DNA from: Candidatus Firestoneibacteriota bacterium
Lineage (GTDB): Bacteria > Oederibacteriota > D2-FULL-39-29 > CAIOVX01
Assembly (NCBI GenBank): GCA_903894145.1
Contig: CAITPB010000233.1
Span: forward strand, 1-57,529
DNA: 57,529 nt
Direction: 5' to 3'
Positions 26,957-33,837 of this stretch are shown here, in pieces. The stretch's first letter is position 1, and each line of letters starts with the position of its first letter. The notes under the pieces were generated by a model. The model had not been told where the DNA came from and searched no databases. It worked only from the letters and a program-made list of their open reading frames with translations. The position numbers were made by a program, and so were the translations under genes.

Positions 26957-28604
26957 TTTCATTCCCCGGATCGGTATTGACTGAAAGTTCGTACAGTTTT
27001 TTTGCTTTATCGTTTGCGGCTCCTTTTAAGTATATATCGCCGAGGTGCTCAAATACCACAGAATCTTCCTGCCCATTGTCTTTTAGCAGTTTTACGGCTT
27101 CTTCTGTCTTAATCCTTGCTTCATCGTTACGCCCCAGTTTGTATAGCGCCCAGCCCAGGCTGTCAAGAAAGGCGCCGTTTCCAGGCTCGAGTTCGCAGGC
27201 TTTTTTAAGGAAAGTATAAGCTTCTTCAAGGTTCTCCCCGCTGTCCGCGTACATGAAACCAAGGTAATTCAGCGCGTCTGCGTTCTGCGGGTCGGATTTT
27301 ATTGTATTTCTGAATCTCAGTAAAGCCTCGCTATAATACTTTTTCCTTTCGCAGCATACTCCAAGATAATAATTGCCTCTCGAATCCGCAGGCTGCAGGA
27401 CAAGAAGCGCCCGGTACTGTAGTTCGGCCCTATCATAATCCTTAGCGTCCAGGTAGGCTCCTCCAAGATATAATTTGAGGTCGGTATTTTCAGGCAGCCG
27501 CGAAACGCCCTGTTCAAGTACTGACACGGCAGCCTTTGCCGCTTTTTTCTTATTATAAAGGTAGGAGAGATAAAGATAACCGGCAGCTTCTTCCGGCGCT
27601 TTTACGTTAAGTTCGGTAAATGTCAAAAGTGCGCCTTCCGTATCACCATTCTCTATCTGTATTGCTCCTTTGACCTGCAGGAATTCGCGGTTTCCGCCGT
27701 CAAGTTCAAGCGCTTTGTTAAGCATTAACAGCGCCTCTTTGCCTTTTTTAAGACGCTTGTAAACGAGGCCAAGCCTGAAATACGGGTCCGCATCATCCGG
27801 CGAGAGCGCAGAGGCTTTGTTTAAGTATTCCACTGCTTCGTCATTTCTATTTAATTGGGACAGGGTAATTCCTATCCTGACATACACCTTCACGTCATAA
27901 GGCGTCAGGTTCTCAACGATTGTGTAGCGCCCAAGGGCCTCATTGTACCTGGAGAGGTACTGATAGAGGAGGCCAAGCGCGTACTGCGGCGAGATATACA
28001 AAGGGTCAAGCTCAACCGCTTTAAGATAAGCCTTCTCCGCTCCCGCAAGATCAGCTTTTTTTGACAGGACAAGTCCGAGGTTATAGTATGTTGACTCGTT
28101 TCCCCGGTCATTTTCTGCGCTTTTCTTGAACGCAAGAACCGATTCATCCAGGCGGTCAAGCCTGAAATATGTATTCCCCAGGTAAAAATACGCGGGGCTG
28201 TTTAGCGGATAAGCCTTGACGATGTTTTCCAGAATCCCAAGAGCCTGCGCCGGTTTTTCGTCCTCAAGGTATATTTTCGCGAGTGACACGCCGGTTTCCG
28301 GGTTTTTGTTTTTTTCATAAAGGTCTTGAAGAACCTGTATTGCTTCGGTTGTTTTGTTTCCTTTAACATATTCATCGGCCAGAGCCTGGCGAATGAATAT
28401 TGAATCAGGGTCGTATTTTAAAGCGAGTTTGAATTCTCCGATGGCAGCTTCCGGCGCCATGTTTCTGCTGTAAGCAGATCCTAGAGAAAAATGCGTGTAG
28501 GCGCGCTCGGACGGGTAACTGAATTCCTTCACTGCCGCCCTTTCAACCGTAGCGCAGCCGGAAAGAAGTAACATTAATAAGAATAAGAGAAGGAAATGTT
28601 TCAT
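26913..28604 (-). CDS. TPR-repeat lipoprotein
   Basis: I moved the start to 28604 (MKHFLLLFLLMLLLSGC lipobox, GGAGG SD). Many TPR units follow (AxxxYxxAL...P patterns). Confidence 0.85.
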   Translation of the reverse strand: MKHFLLLFLLMLLLSGCATVERAAVKEFSYPSERAYTHFSLGSAYSRNMAPEAAIGEFKLALKYDPDSIFIRQALADEYVKGNKTTEAIQVLQDLYEKNKNPETGVSLAKIYLEDEKPAQALGILENIVKAYPLNSPAYFYLGNTYFRLDRLDESVLAFKKSAENDRGNESTYYNLGLVLSKKADLAGAEKAYLKAVELDPLYISPQYALGLLYQYLSRYNEALGRYTIVENLTPYDVKVYVRIGITLSQLNRNDEAVEYLNKASALSPDDADPYFRLGLVYKRLKKGKEALLMLNKALELDGGNREFLQVKGAIQIENGDTEGALLTFTELNVKAPEEAAGYLYLSYLYNKKKAAKAAVSVLEQGVSRLPENTDLKLYLGGAYLDAKDYDRAELQYRALLVLQPADSRGNYYLGVCCERKKYYSEALLRFRNTIKSDPQNADALNYLGFMYADSGENLEEAYTFLKKACELEPGNGAFLDSLGWALYKLGRNDEARIKTEEAVKLLKDNGQEDSVVFEHLGDIYLKGAANDKAKKLYELSVNTDPGNENAKKKLKQLQNSVR

Positions 28605-28647
28605 GTGCCTCCGGCATGACGCAAACTGAACAGAAAACAACAAAAAA

Positions 28648-28676
28648 ATTATATTACTTTTTGCCGCGCTATGCAA
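28648..28676 (-). promoter_or_regulatory. Near-consensus sigma70 promoter, TTGCAT-17 nt-TATAAT, for the TPR-lolB-like-ispE-spoVG unit
   Basis: The minus strand reads TTGCATagcgcggcaaaaagtaaTATAAT, about 40 nt upstream of the ATG at 28604. Confidence 0.7.
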
Positions 28677-28798
28677 TACAAAGAAGAGTGCCAGCGTCTT
28701 CAAAAGAACAGATAAGAGCAGAAGAAATTCTACACCACATATAGTGCGGGAGGTTCTGAGACAACACAACTGTTTTTGTGAAAAGAAAATAGTCTCAT

Positions 28799-28837
28799 AA
28801 AAAAGAAAGCCCTGCTTGATTTACAAGCAGGGCTTTC
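28799..28837 (-). terminator. Intrinsic terminator after the HU gene
   Basis: 13-bp stem GAAAGCCCTGCTT/AAGCAGGGCTTTC with a 7-nt loop, followed by TTTTTT on the minus strand. Confidence 0.85.
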
Positions 28838-28854
28838 CGGCTATCTGAATTAGC

Positions 28855-29127
28855 TTACAGTACCGCGAGCTTCACAGACTTGCTGGATCTAAATCTTACG
28901 GCTTTCTTCGCCGGAACATCTACCATTTCGCCGGTTTTCGGGTTCCTTGCTTTCCTTGCCGCCCTGTCTTTCACTACAAATGTCCCCATTCCTGCAATTT
29001 TCACTTTCTGCCCTGCTTTGAGCTCTGCCGTGATGTACGCAACAAGCCCGTCAAGAGCCCTTCCCGCCTCAGCTTTGTTGATCTTCGCGATGTCAGCAAT
29101 CTTTTCTACTATATCCGTCTTTGCCAT
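28855..29127 (-). CDS. hup: HU/IHF-family DNA-binding protein
   Basis: GMGTFVVKDRAARKARNPKTGE arm motif. I placed the start at the ATG at 29127, 8 nt after GGAGG; the track GTG at 29136 abuts the SD. Confidence 0.92.
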   Translation of the reverse strand: MAKTDIVEKIADIAKINKAEAGRALDGLVAYITAELKAGQKVKIAGMGTFVVKDRAARKARNPKTGEMVDVPAKKAVRFRSSKSVKLAVL

Positions 29128-29184
29128 CTTCGACACCTCCCGATTTGTACCCCGGTGTTGAATGGTGGGGTATCTGTTTTTTTA

Positions 29185-29213
29185 AGTATATACCGAAATC
29201 CTTATTTTGTCAA
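29185..29213 (-). promoter_or_regulatory. Sigma70 promoter, TTGACA-17 nt-TATACT, for the HU gene
   Basis: The minus strand reads TTGACAaaataaggatttcggtaTATACT. Confidence 0.7.
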
Positions 29214-29225
29214 GCCTTTTAAGTG

Positions 29226-29255
29226 TTGACACACAGACACACAATAAAGTATCAT
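29226..29255 (+). promoter_or_regulatory. Sigma70 promoter, TTGACA-18 nt-TATCAT, for the TPR-PBP gene
   Basis: The plus strand reads TTGACAcacagacacacaataaagTATCAT. It lies back-to-back with the HU promoter, 12 nt between the two -35 boxes. Confidence 0.55.
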
Positions 29256-29290
29256 TTAGCGGCAAGTTATAAGCCCTCGGAGGCCAGACT

Positions 29291-31048
29291 GTGAAGAGCA
29301 ATTTAGGCAGGAAAAACAATGACTTTTCAGTGTTTATCAATTTTCTCGCATTCCTGGCACTCATATTTCTGACATTCCTTGTCTATCAAGGTTGTTTTGG
29401 AAAAAATGCAAAATTAACCGGATTATTGCGCCATTCCAAGAATCTTGTGATTGCAGGCAATTATAACGCCGCAACAGATGAATTAAATAAAGCCCTCCAG
29501 CTTGACAGCTCAAACCCGCTTATCTATGACGCTTTTGGTTTTATGTATAATGCAAAAGAAGACGGCGAGCAGGCCAAAAACTATTACTCCCAGGCAATAG
29601 AGAAGGGTGTGAAATACAGCGGAATATTCGCGCACGGAAAAATTGGACAGGACTATCTTTCAAAAGGAAGATATTCGCAGGCTTTGATAGAGTTTGAGCA
29701 CCATAACAAGCTGGTTCCCGGAGACAGGAAAGGACTTCTCGGCCAGGGCATCAGCCTGCACGCGCTGGAAAGGATCCAGGATGCCATCGACACTTATAAA
29801 AAAGGCCTTGTGGTCTCTCCTGGGAATTCCGAACTGACAAAATATATGGAACTGGCTCAGAAACAGAAAGATAAAGACGCTATTGATTATGTCTATGACA
29901 GGAACGGAGTCCCTGTTCTCCGCAGAAGCGTGGCAAAAGGAAAGCTTATTTTCTCCGCCGAGAGCAACATGGACAAGATCATAGGCTACAGCAGTGAAAA
30001 GTTAAAGCTCGGTCTGCTTGACAAGATGGGGAAAAACTTCCCCGGCAACACAATAACTTTATGCATAGATTCCAGGCTGCAGCGCATAGCCTCTTCCGCC
30101 CTAAACACTCCGGGCGCCGTGGTTATTCTCGACCCCAAGACAGGGGCGATACTTGCGGCAGTTTCAAATCCTAAATTCAATCCGGACAAAGTAGAGAAGG
30201 AATTCTACAGATATAAATCCATGAAGAATAATGTTTTCCTAAACCGGGCGTTCGAAGGTCTTTACGAGCCGGGCTCAATCTGCAAGATAATAACCACTTC
30301 GGCCATGATTGAGTGCGGACTTTCCGAGAAGGATATCTTCCCTGTCAAATGCAACGGTTCGATGGTGATTGAAGGGAAAGTCTTTTTTTGCTGGGAAAAA
30401 CACGGAAACGTAAAAAGTGTTGAAGAAGCCATTGACCAGTCCTGCAATATTGCATTCCAGAAAATAGGATCCGTGTTGGGCTACGGCAAAATCTATGAAT
30501 ACGCCAATAAGTACGGGTTTAACACTCAGATAGACATGCAGCTTCCCGTGGCGACTAGCAGCGTTCCGCTTGAATGTGAGAGCAAATACGAACTAGCGGA
30601 CAGGTCCACAGGACTCGGCAAGGATTTCCGCATCACTCCTCTCATCGCAGCCTGTATGGCTTCAACAGTAGCTAACGGCGGCACGCTCATGAAACCTTAC
30701 ATAGTAAAGGAAATAAAAAACATTTTGGGTGACGTAGTCTACAAAGAAGACCCTGTGGTAATGAAGAACGTGCTTAAAAAAGAGACGGCAGCCCAGTTAA
30801 CCCTGTACATGGTGGATGCGGTTGAGCGCGGGCTCGGCCAGAAAGCGCGCGTGCAGGGAATAAAGGTGGCGGGAAAAACAGGCACCGCTAGAACCTCCGG
30901 GAAAGGCCTTGACGGTTGGTTTGTTTGCTTTGCTCCGGCGGATAACCCCAAAATAGCCATGGCTATCCTCTGCGACGCAAGCGGAAAAGGAATGGAAGTG
31001 GCTGCTCCCGTCGCGAAAAGGATTATTTCAGAAGCGCTGGGTCAATAG
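29291..31048 (+). CDS. Class-B-like penicillin-binding transpeptidase with an N-terminal TM anchor and a TPR module
   Basis: GTG start with GGAGG 7 nt upstream. TPR-like repeats span roughly residues 55-190. Transpeptidase motifs are SICK (SxxK), SCN (SxN) and KTGT. Confidence 0.85.
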   Translation: MKSNLGRKNNDFSVFINFLAFLALIFLTFLVYQGCFGKNAKLTGLLRHSKNLVIAGNYNAATDELNKALQLDSSNPLIYDAFGFMYNAKEDGEQAKNYYSQAIEKGVKYSGIFAHGKIGQDYLSKGRYSQALIEFEHHNKLVPGDRKGLLGQGISLHALERIQDAIDTYKKGLVVSPGNSELTKYMELAQKQKDKDAIDYVYDRNGVPVLRRSVAKGKLIFSAESNMDKIIGYSSEKLKLGLLDKMGKNFPGNTITLCIDSRLQRIASSALNTPGAVVILDPKTGAILAAVSNPKFNPDKVEKEFYRYKSMKNNVFLNRAFEGLYEPGSICKIITTSAMIECGLSEKDIFPVKCNGSMVIEGKVFFCWEKHGNVKSVEEAIDQSCNIAFQKIGSVLGYGKIYEYANKYGFNTQIDMQLPVATSSVPLECESKYELADRSTGLGKDFRITPLIAACMASTVANGGTLMKPYIVKEIKNILGDVVYKEDPVVMKNVLKKETAAQLTLYMVDAVERGLGQKARVQGIKVAGKTGTARTSGKGLDGWFVCFAPADNPKIAMAILCDASGKGMEVAAPVAKRIISEALGQ

Positions 31049-31057
31049 GCGGTTTTT

Positions 31058-32335
31058 CTAGTTTAGAGTCTGGTTGTTTAGAAGGTACCTTCGCAGCATG
31101 TCGAGAGCGGTCTGAGCGGACTGTTCCTTAATTTTTATTCTTTCTCCTCTAAAACGGCATTCCTTTATCTGCATTCCGGAGGGCGTGGAAAGCGCTATAT
31201 AGACAAGCCCCACTGGCTTTTCCTCGGAACCTCCGTCCGGTCCGGCGATCCCCGTAACCCCCAGACATATATCGGCATTTGACAGTTTCATGATTCCGAG
31301 CGCCATCTCTCCGGCGACCTGTTTGCTGACTGCTCCGAACATGTTGAGAGCTGTTGCAGGAACATTTAAGAGCCTTTCTTTTGCCGGATTGCTGTAACTC
31401 ACTACCCCGAGGGTCAGAAACTCGGAGGCGCCCGGAACATTGGTCAATTTATCCGATATAAGTCCTCCGGTGCAGGATTCGGCAACTGCAAGCTTGAGTT
31501 CTCCGGCTTTCAGAAGCTCTGCCACCGTCTTTTCCATGCTGCCTTCGTCTACCGCAAAAATATTTTCCCCAAGCCTGCGCAGGATCTCCTTCTCAACACG
31601 AGCTATTGCTTCTTCCGCGGCTTCAGGAGACTTTGCTTTCGAGGTGAGCCTGATCTTTACTTCCGTGTGGGATGCCAGCAAAGCTATTGTGGGGTTTGTT
31701 GAAGACGTAAAAATGTCATTTATCTTTTCGTCAACCGTTGATTCTCCGAGTCCAAAACATTTGAGAGTCCTGGATCTGATTGTTTCTTCGAGTTTGAATG
31801 TCTCTTTCAGGAACGGAATCACGCTCTCTTCTGTCATTTTCTTCATTTCCCGGGGAACGCCGGGCATAAGTATGAAATACTTGCCTTCCTCGTTCTGGAG
31901 CCGTAGTCCCGGAGCGGTCCCATTGCCGTTCTCTATAACCACGGCGCCTGAGGGAACAAGAGCCTGCGAGAGATTGTTCTGGGCCATTCTAATTTTTATT
32001 TTCGAGAACATTCCACGTATCTGTTCAAGGACTTTTTCATTCAGGATTAGCTTCCTGTTGAGGAGTTTTACTATCGCGTTTTTTGTGATGTCGTCTACGG
32101 TTGGCCCTAGTCCACCGGTTATTATTATAATATCGGCCCTTGCGGCTGCCTGTTTCATGACAGATATGAGGCGTTCTTCGTTATCTCCTACTGAAGTCTT
32201 GTAATAGACATTTATTCCAATTTCCGCGAGTTTTTCTCCGAGGTAAGCGGAATTTGTGTCAATGAGGTGACCCAGAAGGAGTTCGGTTCCGACAGTGACT
32301 ATTTCAGCCGATATTTGCTTTGGGTTTTGTGGCAT
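31058..32335 (-). CDS. cinA: CinA family protein (MoCF-binding domain plus PncC nicotinamide-nucleotide amidase domain)
   Basis: 425 aa. AEIVTVGTELLLG...ITGGLGPTVDDIT N-domain and AVAESCTGG...TGIAGP C-domain. Confidence 0.9.
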   Translation of the reverse strand: MPQNPKQISAEIVTVGTELLLGHLIDTNSAYLGEKLAEIGINVYYKTSVGDNEERLISVMKQAAARADIIIITGGLGPTVDDITKNAIVKLLNRKLILNEKVLEQIRGMFSKIKIRMAQNNLSQALVPSGAVVIENGNGTAPGLRLQNEEGKYFILMPGVPREMKKMTEESVIPFLKETFKLEETIRSRTLKCFGLGESTVDEKINDIFTSSTNPTIALLASHTEVKIRLTSKAKSPEAAEEAIARVEKEILRRLGENIFAVDEGSMEKTVAELLKAGELKLAVAESCTGGLISDKLTNVPGASEFLTLGVVSYSNPAKERLLNVPATALNMFGAVSKQVAGEMALGIMKLSNADICLGVTGIAGPDGGSEEKPVGLVYIALSTPSGMQIKECRFRGERIKIKEQSAQTALDMLRRYLLNNQTLN

Positions 32336-32341
32336 GGTTAG

Positions 32342-32350
32342 ATTTTAGCA
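32342..32350 (-). promoter_or_regulatory. Extended -10 promoter TGCTAAAAT, 6 nt upstream of the cinA ATG (leaderless geometry)
   Basis: The minus strand reads tTTGCTAAAATctaaccATG, with no SD. Confidence 0.55.
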
Positions 32351-32360
32351 AATCATCCGG

Positions 32361-33821
32361 CTAAACACAATCATCAATTGGAGTTGGCGGCGGAAGAACC
32401 GCGGGGGCGGAAAATCCGTTGTCTCCTCCGAGGGTCTTCCATTCTTTCAATAAAAAGTACGCAAAGAAAATACCCGGCAGGATCACTGCAGCGGTCCAGA
32501 GAGGATAATACCTGTATTGCTGGTCCCCCGGGCCGGTAACCTTACTAATAAGGTCAAAAAAATATCCCGCCAGCACGCTGCCCGGTATAAAGAAAAGTGT
32601 GCGAATCATCGCGTTCGCCCCGCAGAACTGGCCGTACTTTTCCCGCGGGAAAATCCTCATGTACACAGGTATTTCGGAAGTCACGAGAACAGCCGTGATA
32701 CAGTTTTGCGCTATTGTGAAGACGTACAACAATGGCAAATTTATTTCTCCGAAATCCTTGAATATCCAGACGCACTGCAGAATATGGAGGATGAAATAGG
32801 CGACAAGACCCCAAAGAAATGTTCTCAGCGGATGAAACCTGTCTGCCAGCCAGGCAGCAGGGAAAAGAACAGCCATGTTGACTATCCCGGTGTAAAAATT
32901 CATATTGCCCACATCTTGCAAAGACAATCTGAGAGAAGCCGTGTTCCTGAGTATCGCGAAATTAGAGGAAGCGGACGAAAGCATGTAGAACACGCTTGTA
33001 AAGAAGACTAAAATATATATTTTGTGACTGAAGCACTCGCGCCAGTAGGTTTTGATTGCCGGTATAAATCCCGGCTTTTCCTCTGAATGAGGACCGGGAT
33101 ATTTCCCTTCCTTGACGGTATAACACATAATCATGAAGCCGATTACATATGCAGCTCCCGAGACGGCAAAAATTATCCTGAAATGATCAAGTGAAGAAGG
33201 AAAGATAAATTTATTGAAAAGCATAACTGCCAGGAACCCGGTTATCTTGAACATTGCTATGAACCGTGACATAACCTTTTGCGGCACCACATCATTTATC
33301 AGATACCAGAAGAGCGTATTGACAAAAGAAGCAGTGAAGTCAAATCCGACCAGGAAAATAGAGATAATAATCAAGGTCAAGGCCGGTTTGGTTATTGTCA
33401 GTCCGGCGATCTGAAAAACCGGAGAAGTTCCGGATAGCAGCGCCGCAAATGAGTCAGAAAAACCCATGAGCACCATAAAAAGCCCGACAAAAGGCGTTGA
33501 CCAACGGAGAAACGGTATTCTGCGGCCTGTCTTCCCTCGGTGGCGGTCAGAGCGGAAACTAATGAACGGAGTCATGAAAAAGGCTATGAACGCGGCAAGC
33601 GACTTGTTTACTACGGCGTTCAAGGTATCAGAAGCTCCGAGGGCTTTGAGCTTTAGCGGCATAACCTGCTGGAGCAGCGCAATATCGAATATATTAAATA
33701 TGAAATCTCCCCATAACAGCCAAATGAAAAGAATAACCATTCCGCCGAGCGTGTATTTAAGCGTGCCACAGGTAAAATATTTATTTCGTGAGCCGGGAAA
33801 AAAGTTATTAAGATTGAGCAT
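32361..33821 (-). CDS. MFS/GPH-type transporter
   Basis: 486 aa with about 12 TM segments. Loop motif SDRHRGKTGRRIPF resembles the D-R-x-G-R-R signature of MFS/GPH carriers. Confidence 0.75.
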   Translation of the reverse strand: MLNLNNFFPGSRNKYFTCGTLKYTLGGMVILFIWLLWGDFIFNIFDIALLQQVMPLKLKALGASDTLNAVVNKSLAAFIAFFMTPFISFRSDRHRGKTGRRIPFLRWSTPFVGLFMVLMGFSDSFAALLSGTSPVFQIAGLTITKPALTLIIISIFLVGFDFTASFVNTLFWYLINDVVPQKVMSRFIAMFKITGFLAVMLFNKFIFPSSLDHFRIIFAVSGAAYVIGFMIMCYTVKEGKYPGPHSEEKPGFIPAIKTYWRECFSHKIYILVFFTSVFYMLSSASSNFAILRNTASLRLSLQDVGNMNFYTGIVNMAVLFPAAWLADRFHPLRTFLWGLVAYFILHILQCVWIFKDFGEINLPLLYVFTIAQNCITAVLVTSEIPVYMRIFPREKYGQFCGANAMIRTLFFIPGSVLAGYFFDLISKVTGPGDQQYRYYPLWTAAVILPGIFFAYFLLKEWKTLGGDNGFSAPAVLPPPTPIDDCV

Positions 33822-33837
33822 AATCTGCCTCTTGTCG

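Noticed and set aside
28605-28769. 55-aa N-terminal extension of the TPR lipoprotein ORF.
   Set aside because: The region contains a near-consensus promoter (28648-28676). The internal ATG at 28604 has a GGAGG SD and gives a perfect lipoprotein signal peptide.
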